DNA of 64,000 bases from Coprothermobacterota bacterium (GCA_036679065.1 JAZIGN010000003.1:1-64000); one strand, 5' to 3'; shown: positions 37,931 through 48,437, numbered from the stretch's first letter. The notes: a model not told the origin generated them from the letters alone. Numbers and translations: made by a program.

Positions 37931-39328
37931 CTAGTTACTTGCCCCTTCCTCGGAAGTTTGGAACTTAACTCTGAGCTTACCACTCATAAGCATGTGCAGC
38001 ATCGAGTTAAAGAGGTTGCCCAGTGCTTGCTTCTTTTTCTCTTCGGCTTGAATCTTTTCATCAACCGTTTGTAGAATCTCTGCAATACGCTTTTGTACAG
38101 GCAGTGGCGGAAGAGGAAGAACTACCTTCTCCTCAAACTCCTTCATCTGAAAATTATTCTTACCGTCTGATGCTCTCTTAGTATATTTAGAAAAATCTAC
38201 ATAGTGGCTATTGATCAAGTAGTATAAAAAATCAGGTTGTACATTAACATTTTTCTTTAGTCTCAGAACAGCCAAGAATGAGGCAAATGCTATTGGTATG
38301 TTGCCTGGTAATTCTGTAACCAAGCAGTTTCTGCCAATGTTTTTCAAACTTCCACTAGAGGTCACAAATATAATGTCATGCTTTTGGATAATTTTGGAGG
38401 GCGGTATAGATCCTTTCAAAAAATGCTGAAAATCAAAGGAGACTTGCCCCCATTTTATGTTAGGAATGCTTAGCACCGGTACACCAAAACCGTTCCGACT
38501 TTCTTCCTGCCTGTTCCATGAGATACCACGGACAACTGAAGCCATATCTTTTAGCTTTACTACTTCCCAATCTGCTGGGATCTCGCCAATTTCGGTTTCC
38601 TTCAAATTGATGCGGCTCGCTTCTTCCAAACTCACAGGTCCGTATGTGAAAAGGTGCTTCATAAGTGATTTTTTCAGCTCTTTTGCCGCTTCAATGACCT
38701 TTTCAGTTTTCTCCCGTGCTTCTTGCACTGCTGAAAGCACATAGGCAATGGCCTTCTGCTCTTCCAGCGGCGGAAGAGGAATAGACTCATTCTGTACGAA
38801 GTCTTTGTATTTGAAGTTTCTTATTCCAGTAGTTCTTCTCTCATACAGAGATGTCTTCTTATTCTGATATAAAAGTTTCCAATACAAGTAGAAATATTCC
38901 GAGAAGCACACAGAATCGCTAATTCTTATTCTCTTCACAAAATTCGAGAAAACTACTGGGAGGTGTACTTTCTCAAGCCAATTCCTCCTCGCAAGTAGCA
39001 CCCTGCCCGTTGGTTGTTTCTCGCCGCCACCGGAGAGCTCCACAAGGACATCTCCATCCTGCAACCTACGCTTGATTAAACTCGAACCTTTCAAAAATCT
39101 GATCGGTACCTCTTCAAAATCACCATTAGCAACTTTCTGAAAATCTGTTCCTCGCAAAACAAAACACTCCGTAAAATCTGGGTTTTCCTTTACACCTTTA
39201 CCCCAATCTCCATTCATTTCGTCAACTATTAACCCGCACAGCTTTACTACTTCCCAATCTTTCGGGATCTCGCCAAGTTCAGTATTCTTAAAGTTTGTTT
39301 CCTCGTAAAAACAGATTTTTTGTTCCAT
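37931..39328 (-). CDS. hsdS: Type I R-M specificity subunit
   Basis: Two GEIP.DWEVVKL and two PLPPL..Q..IA conserved regions flank two TRDs; ends LMSGKLRV. Confidence 0.93.
   Translation of the reverse strand: MEQKICFYEETNFKNTELGEIPKDWEVVKLCGLIVDEMNGDWGKGVKENPDFTECFVLRGTDFQKVANGDFEEVPIRFLKGSSLIKRRLQDGDVLVELSGGGEKQPTGRVLLARRNWLEKVHLPVVFSNFVKRIRISDSVCFSEYFYLYWKLLYQNKKTSLYERRTTGIRNFKYKDFVQNESIPLPPLEEQKAIAYVLSAVQEAREKTEKVIEAAKELKKSLMKHLFTYGPVSLEEASRINLKETEIGEIPADWEVVKLKDMASVVRGISWNRQEESRNGFGVPVLSIPNIKWGQVSFDFQHFLKGSIPPSKIIQKHDIIFVTSSGSLKNIGRNCLVTELPGNIPIAFASFLAVLRLKKNVNVQPDFLYYLINSHYVDFSKYTKRASDGKNNFQMKEFEEKVVLPLPPLPVQKRIAEILQTVDEKIQAEEKKKQALGNLFNSMLHMLMSGKLRVKFQTSEEGASN
38553..39276. repeat. 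Direct repeat pair at the start of each hsdS TRD (38553-38589 and 39240-39276)
   Basis: agctttactacttcccaatct-NNN-gggatctcgccaa, 34 of 37 nt identical. Confidence 0.85.
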
Positions 39329-39338
39329 GTTCTCCTCT

Positions 39339-40244
39339 TCAGTCTTCAAGGAAATAGTCCTCATCAATCTTTTTTATTTCCAGGACTCTGTCAACATGCA
39401 CGCCAACGTTATAGCGGATCATATAGTCAAGAAGTTTGTCACGGTCAATCAGTACCACTTTTATGCCTTTCAAGCTTTCAGCATACTGCCAAGCATCTTT
39501 TGTGAAAGTGGCAGTGGTTATGAAGATGCCCTTGTTGGCACCTTTACCCTGTAGTGCACCCACAAAACTTTGAACTTCTGGCCGTCCTATGCTTCCCTGT
39601 GTCCACCTCTTAGCCTGGATGTAGACATTATCAAGTCCCAAGACATCTTCTTTTATGACGCCATCAACACCCTCGTCGCCTGCTTTTCCTAACAGTTGGC
39701 TAACTTCCTCAAAACTGCCACCATACCCCATCCGCACAATGAGCTGAATTACTAACATTTCGAATCGAGCCGGAGATAGGCTGAGAACTCTTTGCAGAAG
39801 ATCATCCTTCAAAGCTTGATTTAGCTGATCCAAATTTTCAGATATCTCTTCTTCTGGCGTTCGAACCTCGTCACCGCCGTTAATTGTTGGTCCCTTGGGT
39901 TTGCTCCCGTTGTAAAAGGAAAAAAATTCAGGATATTTTTCTAAGAACTTGCAGTCAAGACGTGTTAGATTTTGCGCTAATACGTCCCTGCCTCTGTCAG
40001 TGATGATCACGTAGCCGCGTCGCGGTGCATCGATCAGTTTTGCCTTAAGAAGGTAAGTTCTTGCCCAACTCACTTTGTCTTTGAAAATAGGAGCACCGCT
40101 CTTTTCGTATCTTTGCAACCGCTCAGCATCAGTAACATTGAACTGATCCGCTAAGTAATCTTCCACTTCTTTCATAGAATGTTCACGGCCATCACTTAAG
40201 AACTTTAGCATGGGCAACATAAGATCTTCATAACTCGGTATCAT
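39339..40244 (-). CDS. mrr: Mrr-family (type IV, modification-dependent) restriction endonuclease
   Basis: Mrr_N winged helix (MIPSY..LM.P.L...WARTYL..A.LI..PRRG...IT.RG) and Mrr_cat (FE.LV..L...MGYG, DEGVDG, YIQAKR, KGIFITT). Confidence 0.92.
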   Translation of the reverse strand: MIPSYEDLMLPMLKFLSDGREHSMKEVEDYLADQFNVTDAERLQRYEKSGAPIFKDKVSWARTYLLKAKLIDAPRRGYVIITDRGRDVLAQNLTRLDCKFLEKYPEFFSFYNGSKPKGPTINGGDEVRTPEEEISENLDQLNQALKDDLLQRVLSLSPARFEMLVIQLIVRMGYGGSFEEVSQLLGKAGDEGVDGVIKEDVLGLDNVYIQAKRWTQGSIGRPEVQSFVGALQGKGANKGIFITTATFTKDAWQYAESLKGIKVVLIDRDKLLDYMIRYNVGVHVDRVLEIKKIDEDYFLED

Positions 40245-40286
40245 AGGACCGACCTCCTTTAATTTCCTTGTCTCCTACGTTTGATC

Positions 40287-41690
40287 TCATTGTTGGCGTG
40301 AATATGGCGCGTTTGTGGCGCCTTTGGCGTGAATATGGCGCGTTAACACATAGGCTGCCCCTTTACCAGTTGCACTTGTACGAGACAGTATTCCTAATGA
40401 GACCATTAGTCCTAAGTCTCTTGTGGCGGTACGTGCAGATACACCTGTAATTTCCTGATATTCTCTGTTTGTTATGATACCCCTCTCTTTTACATAGACT
40501 ACACCTTTTATCTGCCTATCACTTAAACCTTTTCTCCTTAAATTTTCTTCGTTGTATATGTCTTTAAAAAATTGAACCGTAAAGCTCCCTAAACCAGCTT
40601 CTTTCACTGAGAAAACAGGCTCAGGCAAACCCTGCTCAGTGCACAACTTCACCATTTTTGAAGTCCCTGTACCCCATTTCTCGATTAATCCAGCAAAGTA
40701 AAAAGCGTCAGCCAAAAGTGGGTTTCGGTGCACAGTATCATGGGCTTCTTTTTTCAAATCGTCCGTCGTCAATGGAGGCAAAAGCTTCCCAGGATTGCTG
40801 AACCAAATTTCGTCATCGAAAATTCTTATAAGAATGGGAGAGGTGTAATCTGCATAGTCTCTATGTACCAAGGCGTTAATCAACGCTTCTCTTAAAGCAT
40901 CCAACGGATAATCCCATATTTCTCTGCGCCGAGTTCCTTCAAGTGTAAGTTCAGTAACCGATGTATCAAATTTCACGTTCAAGTGCTTTTTTATTACTTC
41001 AAGTGTACCATCCAGCTGTTGAAGCAGGTTCCCCTTTATATCCACCGAGTCTAATATAGTTGTTCCATCCTTGAACCGGCCGACTCTTGTGTAAGCACTT
41101 ATGAAATAGTTTTGCGGCTCTTTGCCAAAGAGTAACACGCAAGCTCTAGTAAGCTTACCATCCAGTGTTAACAGTTTTGTTTTCCTTAGCAGTGTCTCAA
41201 CACTTTCATTTACAGCGTATGGAACACGTTCCTTGTTTAGAAGAGACTTCCACTTCTCTATAGTCTGAAAGTTCGAATCTTCCAGTGTGCCTTCAACAGG
41301 TAAGCTGTCCCAAGATCTCCCGGTTTTCTCAATTAAAAAACTGTTCAATTCGGGCCCAGTAAGTTCTTGGGTAGTACTGCCTGACCTTCTAAAGAACTTA
41401 CCATCAAAATTCACTGGCTGTTCGGATCTCGTTACATCTATTCGAATGACAATCTTTCCATCCTTGCGTTCGTCAATAACTTGGGGCGTTATACCCAACT
41501 TGCTCCTTATTTTGTTAGGTATATCTTGAAGAAGTTTCTTTGCATCTTCCTGAGGAACGCCGACAATATCCCCATTGTCTTTAACTCCCACATAGAGAAT
41601 CCCACCATCATTATTCGCAAAGCTAGCTATCACCTTGAGGTATTCGTCCCTCCAGCTCTCCTTGAACTCAACTTTGTCATTCTCCATCAT
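40287..41690 (-). CDS. AlbA_2 (Schlafen-like) + HATPase_c-like + winged-helix protein
   Basis: ENDKVEFKE...ASFANNDGG.LYVGVKDNG (AlbA_2); REALINALVHRDY...NPG...RNP...EKWGTG; ITNREYQEITGVS..TA.RDL (wHTH). Confidence 0.85.
   Translation of the reverse strand: MMENDKVEFKESWRDEYLKVIASFANNDGGILYVGVKDNGDIVGVPQEDAKKLLQDIPNKIRSKLGITPQVIDERKDGKIVIRIDVTRSEQPVNFDGKFFRRSGSTTQELTGPELNSFLIEKTGRSWDSLPVEGTLEDSNFQTIEKWKSLLNKERVPYAVNESVETLLRKTKLLTLDGKLTRACVLLFGKEPQNYFISAYTRVGRFKDGTTILDSVDIKGNLLQQLDGTLEVIKKHLNVKFDTSVTELTLEGTRRREIWDYPLDALREALINALVHRDYADYTSPILIRIFDDEIWFSNPGKLLPPLTTDDLKKEAHDTVHRNPLLADAFYFAGLIEKWGTGTSKMVKLCTEQGLPEPVFSVKEAGLGSFTVQFFKDIYNEENLRRKGLSDRQIKGVVYVKERGIITNREYQEITGVSARTATRDLGLMVSLGILSRTSATGKGAAYVLTRHIHAKGATNAPYSRQQ
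40293..40344. repeat. Perfect 21-bp direct repeat, two copies, period 31
   Basis: TTGGCGTGAATATGGCGCGTT at 40293-40313 and 40324-40344. Confidence 0.9.
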
Positions 41691-43207
41691 GATCCCAAAA
41701 GCTCCTCAAGAATGGCTTGTAGCTTGCGGTCAGCCTCCTGCCGTTCTTCTTCTGCTTCTTTAAGCTCCAGCACTGCTTCGTCCAGCGGTAAAACCTCATC
41801 GTTGTTGTTTTGAGACACATAGCGCGATGGGCTTAAGTTGTAGTCGTTTTTGGCAATGTTGTCCAGGGAAACAATCTTGCTTATGCCTTCCTCCTCACGC
41901 CAATTGTGGTAAATACTGGACACAAGCTCAATGGTGGAGTCGGGCAAGTAGTTCTTGGGTCTGCCTTTTTCAAAAAGCTTGGAAGCGTTCACAAGAAGCA
42001 CTTGTGAGCTGCGTTCCTGCGCCTTGTTCTTATTGATGACCAAAATAATGCCAGGTGCACTGGTGTTGTAGAACAGGTTTTCCGGCAGAAGAATGACAGC
42101 CTCCACAAGGTCTCTTTCCACGAATTGCTTTCTTATGTCACGTTCACGGTTAGAACCACTGGTGCCCGAACCACGGGAAACCGAACCCGTATCCAGAACC
42201 ACAGCCATTCTGCCATGGTCTTTAAGCGAAGCATGCATGTGCTGGACCCAGCCCCAATCAGCAGAGCTGGAAGGAGGAAAGCCGAAGGCGAACCGCCCGA
42301 AGGTGTCGTTTTCGTAAGTGCTCTGAGGGAAATCTTGGTTCCACATGGGGTTAGAAACCACAATGTCAAACTTTCTCAGTGAACCACGTTCATCCAAAAA
42401 TGCTGGCCGGTTCATGGTATCACCCAGTGCAATTTCCGCTTCCATGTTGTGAATGAACACGTTCATGTTGGCCATGGCATATGTGCTGGCAAGGATTTCC
42501 TGACCAAAGAACTTAAGCGGTCTCACTTTGGGGTCGTCATCATAACGCTCTCTGAACAGCAGATGGCACTTTATAAGCAAACCACCTGAGCCCACGCAGG
42601 GATCGCAAATCTCCTCACCCGGTTGTGGGTTCACAATGTGCGCCATGAGAACACCCACTTCACTGGGGGTGTAAAACTCACCAGCACTTTGCCCACTTCC
42701 TTCAGCGAACTTCCTAAGCAGGTATTCATAGGCTCTCCCAAGAATGTCGGGCTCCACATCTTTGAGCCCGAGTCGGTGTTTGCTGATGGTGTCAACAAGC
42801 ATCTTAAGTCGCTCTTCACTTATAACACGCTGGCCAGCTGTGGTGGCATTGAAGTCAACAATGTCAATGACCCCTTGCAGTTTTGGATTTTCGCGAGCCA
42901 CGGCCCTGACTGCGTCAGTAAGGTATTCGCCCAAGTTTCGGCTCTGCTTCACGATGTTCTCCCAGCGGGCCTCAGGTGGAATGTAAAACCGCACCACGTC
43001 ATGGTCCTCTTCCACCAGCATTTGTGCAGTTTCGTAACTGCCCATTTTTTCGGCAAAGGCGGCCACTTCATCTTCAAACACGTCGGATATTCTTTTCAGG
43101 AAAATGAGCGGAAGTATGTAATCCTTGTACTTTGGAGCATCAATTTCCCCTCTGATCTTACATGCGGCTTCCCACAGCCACGATTCCAAGGTTTTCACAT
43201 CAAGCAT
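41687..43207 (-). CDS. hsdM: Type I R-M methyltransferase subunit
   Basis: LWEAACKIRG, GEFYTP, DPCVGSGG (motif I), SNPMWN (variant motif IV), LPENLFYNT. Confidence 0.95.
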   Translation of the reverse strand: MLDVKTLESWLWEAACKIRGEIDAPKYKDYILPLIFLKRISDVFEDEVAAFAEKMGSYETAQMLVEEDHDVVRFYIPPEARWENIVKQSRNLGEYLTDAVRAVARENPKLQGVIDIVDFNATTAGQRVISEERLKMLVDTISKHRLGLKDVEPDILGRAYEYLLRKFAEGSGQSAGEFYTPSEVGVLMAHIVNPQPGEEICDPCVGSGGLLIKCHLLFRERYDDDPKVRPLKFFGQEILASTYAMANMNVFIHNMEAEIALGDTMNRPAFLDERGSLRKFDIVVSNPMWNQDFPQSTYENDTFGRFAFGFPPSSSADWGWVQHMHASLKDHGRMAVVLDTGSVSRGSGTSGSNRERDIRKQFVERDLVEAVILLPENLFYNTSAPGIILVINKNKAQERSSQVLLVNASKLFEKGRPKNYLPDSTIELVSSIYHNWREEEGISKIVSLDNIAKNDYNLSPSRYVSQNNNDEVLPLDEAVLELKEAEEERQEADRKLQAILEELLGS

Positions 43208-43425
43208 GCCGTTGGCACCCCTTTTTCTTCAAATAAAGGCAAGAGATGAAAGCACTTTTTCTTCCTTTTAGAACATATTAATACGGAAAGCGTTATTGGT
43301 ATGCTGCTCAACAGGAAAGACGGACTAAAATGACATATTAAGCACATGTGAACCACGGCACAACTGCGACGAGAAATGTGATCATGGTGCGTCAATGGAG
43401 TACTTTTTCACAGTAGAATACATGT

Positions 43426-44925
43426 GTGCGCATATTAGGAAGAAGTAAAAGGTCACAAACAAAGAGGCTGGGGGTAATAGGTGGACTTTTGGTAATCAGC
43501 TTGTTAATAGCTGTACTGGGCACACCAAAGCTGGTAGCTGGAGCCCCAAATGGAAACGATCGCGGAGTCCTCATACTTTGTTTTCACGAGATTGGTTCTG
43601 CGGGCCTGAAAGCGCCATCAGCTCAGAAAGCTCTTTATCTTCCACCACTGGCATTCGAAAAGATTGTCAGGTACTTAAAGCAAAACGGCTACACCTTCAT
43701 GACGCTTTCCCAGGTGCATGACCAATGGGCCTCTGATAAGGACTTGCCCAACAAGACCGTGGCCATAACCTTTGATGATGGATACGAAAGCGTATACACC
43801 TACGCGCTGCCCATCGCAAAGAAATACAAGGTTCCCTTCACTGACTTCATCATTGCAGGAGATGTGAACGTACCGGGACACCTAACGGAAGAACAACTAA
43901 GAGACATGCTAAGCACGGGCTTGGTGGAAATCGGCAGTCACACCTTTGACCACTACAACTTGAAGTACTTAAGCAGGGAAGAGCAGGAAAAACAAATCAG
44001 TAGCAGCATTCAATACTTGGAGAGGATTTTACCCGGCTACAAAATCACATCCTTTGCGCTGCCCTACGGGCAGTACAACGATGAGACCAAAGAGGCTTTA
44101 GCAAAATACGGCATAACCATGGATGTGACAACTCAATTTGGCATAGCACACAAGGGTGATGACTGGCTCTTACTGCCCAGAGTTTACATAAACGCTCTTC
44201 CTGCCTACGTTTACTACAGACTGGGAACCGAAATGATCACGAGAAGAATTGAGAACATCATGGCAGGTAAACTCACAGGAGAAGCTGATGGACCACCAGC
44301 CTGTGCCTTATTTGAAGACAGATTCGTAAACTGTGACCAAGTGGTTTCCTTCGTTGGGGGAAAAGCTCCGTACCAGGTGCGTGTTATATCCAGAACACCC
44401 AGTGTGATACCAGACCTTACATTGACAACCACAAAGAATTACGTTCTTGTGCCCTTTAGCCCTACTGAGGAGCTGGCCAAAAGCTCAGGTACTCACTACT
44501 CATTCAGTTTCACCGTCACCGATGCGAAAGGAGCCATCATTAACGGACAGAAGGAGATCACACTGGTAAGCCCTCTTAGCGTGAAGTTCGTAAATGCACC
44601 CGAGGAAGTTTACACCACGAGAAACACGGTCACCTTCACCGTAGACACACGCTCAGATACGTCAAGCATAGCAGATTTCTTCAATAAACCAACAGGTTAC
44701 CCTCCTTTGATAATACAGTGGCTCTTAGATGGTAAACAGATCATACCAGCTAAAACACTGGTTGACATCGGTAAAGAAACAATAGACATACCGGAATCAG
44801 GGGTTCACGTAGTCAGCGTGAAGGTCAAAGACAGCATGGGACAGGTGGCTACCGCTTCTAAGACCGTTTACATAACCGCGCCCACGCCCTTTTGGCCTGA
44901 CAGACATCTGTTCATAAGACTGTGA
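43426..44925 (+). CDS. Secreted polysaccharide deacetylase (CE4/NodB) with C-terminal beta-rich (Ig/PKD-like) region
   Basis: Signal/TM segment, CFHEI, ITFDDGY, GSHTFDH, ALPYG, LPR. Confidence 0.85.
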   Translation: MRILGRSKRSQTKRLGVIGGLLVISLLIAVLGTPKLVAGAPNGNDRGVLILCFHEIGSAGLKAPSAQKALYLPPLAFEKIVRYLKQNGYTFMTLSQVHDQWASDKDLPNKTVAITFDDGYESVYTYALPIAKKYKVPFTDFIIAGDVNVPGHLTEEQLRDMLSTGLVEIGSHTFDHYNLKYLSREEQEKQISSSIQYLERILPGYKITSFALPYGQYNDETKEALAKYGITMDVTTQFGIAHKGDDWLLLPRVYINALPAYVYYRLGTEMITRRIENIMAGKLTGEADGPPACALFEDRFVNCDQVVSFVGGKAPYQVRVISRTPSVIPDLTLTTTKNYVLVPFSPTEELAKSSGTHYSFSFTVTDAKGAIINGQKEITLVSPLSVKFVNAPEEVYTTRNTVTFTVDTRSDTSSIADFFNKPTGYPPLIIQWLLDGKQIIPAKTLVDIGKETIDIPESGVHVVSVKVKDSMGQVATASKTVYITAPTPFWPDRHLFIRL

Positions 44926-44956
44926 AGAATTCTAATCCAAGAATTCCGTTGATGTT

Positions 44957-46216
44957 TTAGCGGAAGCCCGTGGCAATGTCTTTTCTGAAAAACATGCCAG
45001 GGAATGAAATTTTCTCTATCTCACTGTACGCTTTCTGCCGTGCTTCTTCGTAGCTTTTGCCAGTGGCGACCACACTTAGCACGCGACCCCCTGACGTTAC
45101 CACATTCCCCGTAGCGTCAAAAGTGGTTCCAGCGTGAAACACCAATGCGTCTCGAACGTTGCCCAAGCCATTTATGGGGAATCCAGTTTGGTAATGACCC
45201 GGATAACCCTTTGAGGCAGCCACCACGCAAACGCACTTTTCTTGTTTCCACTGCACCTGAACAGCACTTAAGTTCCCAATGCAGGTGCTCATCAGAAGCT
45301 GAGCAAGGTCGCTCTCCAAAAGCGGCATCATGGCTTGGGTCTCTGGGTCGCCAAAGCGCACGTTGAACTCAAGCACTTTTGGCCCTTCCTGAGTTAGCAT
45401 GAGCCCGGCATAGAGCACACCTGTATAGGGAATGCCTTCTTCCATTAGCCCACGCAGAACTGGTTTTATGATGGTTTCCAGAATATCCTCTTCCATGGCA
45501 CGGTCGATTAAAGGATGAGGACTGATACTGCCCATGCCACCGGTGTTTGGTCCCTGGTCGCCGTCAAAGGCACGCTTGTAGTCCATGGCAGTGCCCAAAA
45601 TGACAGCATCAGCACCGTTGCAAAGAGCAAATACGGAGGCCTCTGGTCCTTGAAGCAGTTCTTCCACTACCACTTTCTCACCGGCACTGCCGAAAACCCT
45701 TTCTTCCATGAGAGACTCCAGCGCCTGCACAGCCTCCTCGGTGCTGTGAGCAATGACAACGCCCTTACCCTGAGCTAAGCCATCGGCTTTCACTACCAAA
45801 GGGCACTCTGTTGTTTTTACATAGTTAATAGCATCATCCAAGCTTGAAAACACCTCAAACTGGGCAGTGGGTACGTGGCAGCGTTTCATGAGGTTCTTTG
45901 CAAACACCTTGCTGCCTTCGAGCAGGGCTGCAGCCTTTGAAGGACCAAAAATGGTCAATCCTGCCTCCTTAAAACCATCCACGATGCCTGCCATGAGTGG
46001 CACTTCGGGGCCAACCACAGTTAAATCAATGCTCTTTTCCAAGGCAAAGGATCTAAGCTTTTCCACATCCGTGGGGGCAACATTCACCAGCTCTGCTATT
46101 TGGGCAATGCCTGCATTGCCGGGTGCGCAGTAAATCTTTTGACCCAACGGGCTTTGCTTTAGTTTGTAAACCAGCACATGTTCACGCCCACCACCACCAA
46201 TTACCAACACGTTCAT
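44957..46216 (-). CDS. purD: Phosphoribosylamine-glycine ligase
   Basis: GGGGREH, VGPEVPL, KADGLAQGKGV, GPNTGGMG, EFNVRFGDPETQ. Confidence 0.96.
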   Translation of the reverse strand: MNVLVIGGGGREHVLVYKLKQSPLGQKIYCAPGNAGIAQIAELVNVAPTDVEKLRSFALEKSIDLTVVGPEVPLMAGIVDGFKEAGLTIFGPSKAAALLEGSKVFAKNLMKRCHVPTAQFEVFSSLDDAINYVKTTECPLVVKADGLAQGKGVVIAHSTEEAVQALESLMEERVFGSAGEKVVVEELLQGPEASVFALCNGADAVILGTAMDYKRAFDGDQGPNTGGMGSISPHPLIDRAMEEDILETIIKPVLRGLMEEGIPYTGVLYAGLMLTQEGPKVLEFNVRFGDPETQAMMPLLESDLAQLLMSTCIGNLSAVQVQWKQEKCVCVVAASKGYPGHYQTGFPINGLGNVRDALVFHAGTTFDATGNVVTSGGRVLSVVATGKSYEEARQKAYSEIEKISFPGMFFRKDIATGFR

Positions 46217-46251
46217 GCGAAGTGCACTTCCCTTCTCTTCCCATGCATGTG

Positions 46252-47793
46252 TCAATGCCTGAAATGCCGGATGTGGGTAAATACCATGGCAATGTTGTAG
46301 CTGTTAGCAGCATCGATGCATTCCTGATCCCGTTTAGAGCCGCCCGGTTGAATAATGGCGGTTATGCCAGCTTTGGCAGCCAATTCCACGGAGTCACTGA
46401 AGGGAAAGAAACCGTCGGAAGCCAAAACAGCACCACGAGCCTTTTCACCAGCCTGTTTGATGGCAATCTCCACAGCCCCCACACGGTTAACCTGCCCAGC
46501 ACCCAAGCCAATTGTTCCGCCATTTTTTGCTAATGCGATGGCGTTGGAGCTTAAATGCTTCACCACTTTCCAAGCAAAACGCAGGTCCGCCATCTCCTCA
46601 GGTGTGGGCGCCTTGTTTGTAACCACAGTCAGCTCTTTTTCATCCAAATCCTGAAGGTCCTTGTCCTGCAGAAGAACGCCACCTTCCACGCGTTTAATGT
46701 CAAAACCACTGGCAGTGGAAAGGTTTACCTTGAGCAGTCGGAGGTTTTTCTTCTTTTGAAGCACATCCAGTGCTTCTGGGGTGAACTCGGGGGCCACAAT
46801 GACCTCCAAGAACTGCTTAGACATTTCCAAAGCCGTAACTTCGTCCAACGTGTCGTTCACGCCCACAATGCCACCATAAATGGACACGGGGTCGCCTTCA
46901 TATGCCTTTTGGTAAGCCTCAAACAAGTTCTCACCCACTCCAACTCCGCAGGGATTGGCATGTTTCACTGCCACGGCACAGTGCACACCATAAAACTCTT
47001 GGAGTATTTCCAAAACAGCATTCACATCGTGCAGGTTGTTAAAGGAAAGTTCCTTACCCTGAAGCTGAACGTAATTTGCTAAGCCCGTTTTTGACAGTGG
47101 GTCTTTGTAGAAAGCCCCCTTTTGGTGAGGATTCTCTCCATAACGCAGTTCTTGTACTTTTTCAAAGGGCAGAACAATTTCATCAGGAAACAAGACCTTC
47201 GCTCCTCGGCTAAAATAGCTGCTTATGACAGCATCGTAGTAAGCCGTGTGGCGGAAAGCCTTCGCTGCCAAACGAAAACGTCTGCTGAGACTGGTTGAGC
47301 CACTATCCCGAAGCTCATCGAGTACGTCGGCGTAATCCTGTGGATCAACCAAAACGGTGACACTTTCCCAATTCTTTGCGGCTGCTCTTATGAGTGTGGG
47401 GCCTCCAATGTCAATGTTCTCAACGGCATCACCCATTGTGGCGTCTTCATCAAGAACAGTTTCCTTAAATGGGTAAAGGTTTACCACTACCAAATCGATG
47501 GGTTCGATGTTAAAGAGGGCAAGCTGAGCCATGTGATCTGCATTGTTTCTGTTTGCCAGAATGCCAGCATGAATAGCGGGATGAAGGGTTTTCACCCTGC
47601 CATCAAGAATCTCTGGAAAACCGGTAATGTCAGAAACCTTAACAGCGTCAACGCCGCTTTCCTTTAAAAGGCCATAGGTACCGCCTGTGGAGATGATTTC
47701 AAAACCAAGTCCTTGCAGTTCCCTGGCAAACTCCACCACACCTTCTTTTCTTGACACGCTTATGAGTGCTTTCCTCTTTTTCATCACTTTCAC
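46252..47793 (-). CDS. purH: Bifunctional AICAR transformylase / IMP cyclohydrolase
   Basis: [43 protein letters not shown]. Confidence 0.97.
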   Translation of the reverse strand: MKVMKKRKALISVSRKEGVVEFARELQGLGFEIISTGGTYGLLKESGVDAVKVSDITGFPEILDGRVKTLHPAIHAGILANRNNADHMAQLALFNIEPIDLVVVNLYPFKETVLDEDATMGDAVENIDIGGPTLIRAAAKNWESVTVLVDPQDYADVLDELRDSGSTSLSRRFRLAAKAFRHTAYYDAVISSYFSRGAKVLFPDEIVLPFEKVQELRYGENPHQKGAFYKDPLSKTGLANYVQLQGKELSFNNLHDVNAVLEILQEFYGVHCAVAVKHANPCGVGVGENLFEAYQKAYEGDPVSIYGGIVGVNDTLDEVTALEMSKQFLEVIVAPEFTPEALDVLQKKKNLRLLKVNLSTASGFDIKRVEGGVLLQDKDLQDLDEKELTVVTNKAPTPEEMADLRFAWKVVKHLSSNAIALAKNGGTIGLGAGQVNRVGAVEIAIKQAGEKARGAVLASDGFFPFSDSVELAAKAGITAIIQPGGSKRDQECIDAANSYNIAMVFTHIRHFRH

Positions 47794-48437
47794 ACCTCGT
47801 TTCTTCCTTCTGAGCCTTCACTTGACGCTGGTAGTATGCGAACCCTCCTGCCTTCCAGCACCACTCTGCCTTCAGAAATGAGCTTTATGGCAGTGGGTAA
47901 AAGCCTATGCTCCACCTCCAGAACTTTCTCTGCAATGGTTTCGGGCGTGTCGTCATCATCCACCTTAACCACTTCTTGAAGGATGATGGGACCTGCATCT
48001 ACTCCCGCATCCACAAAATGTACCGTGCATCCGGTGTACTTTACTCCACTTTCGTAAACGGCTTCGTGCACTTTCATACCGTAGAATCCCTTACCACAAA
48101 AAGAGGGCAGGAGCGCCGGATGTATGTTGATGATCTTTTGTGGAAAACGTTCCACCACCTGTGGACCTAATATGGTCAGGAAGCCAGCCAGCACCACTAA
48201 ATCAGGACTGAGCATGGTTAAGAGGTTTAGCAAAGCCTCTTGAAACTCAGATTTCAAAACCTTCTTAGAAAGTACGTAAGTGGGAATACCGTGCTGTTTT
48301 GCTCGCTCCAGGGCATAGGCGTCTTCCTTGTCACTGATGACAGCCTGTATGTTCACTTTAAGCCAGCCTTCCTGAGTAGCATCAATGATGGACTGCAAAT
48401 CCGTGCCCCTGCCCGAAACTAGCACTACGATGTTCAC
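47790..48437 (-). CDS. purN: Phosphoribosylglycinamide formyltransferase
   Basis: [31 protein letters not shown]. Confidence 0.96.
   Translation of the reverse strand: MNIVVLVSGRGTDLQSIIDATQEGWLKVNIQAVISDKEDAYALERAKQHGIPTYVLSKKVLKSEFQEALLNLLTMLSPDLVVLAGFLTILGPQVVERFPQKIINIHPALLPSFCGKGFYGMKVHEAVYESGVKYTGCTVHFVDAGVDAGPIILQEVVKVDDDDTPETIAEKVLEVEHRLLPTAIKLISEGRVVLEGRRVRILPASSEGSEGRNEV

Noticed and set aside
40293..40344. Possible mini-CRISPR array
   Set aside because: Only two 21-nt repeats with a 10-nt spacer, inside a CDS, and no cas genes in the window.
34670..43425. R-M locus as an intact mobile element
   Set aside because: No integrase, transposase, tRNA target or flanking direct repeats were seen.
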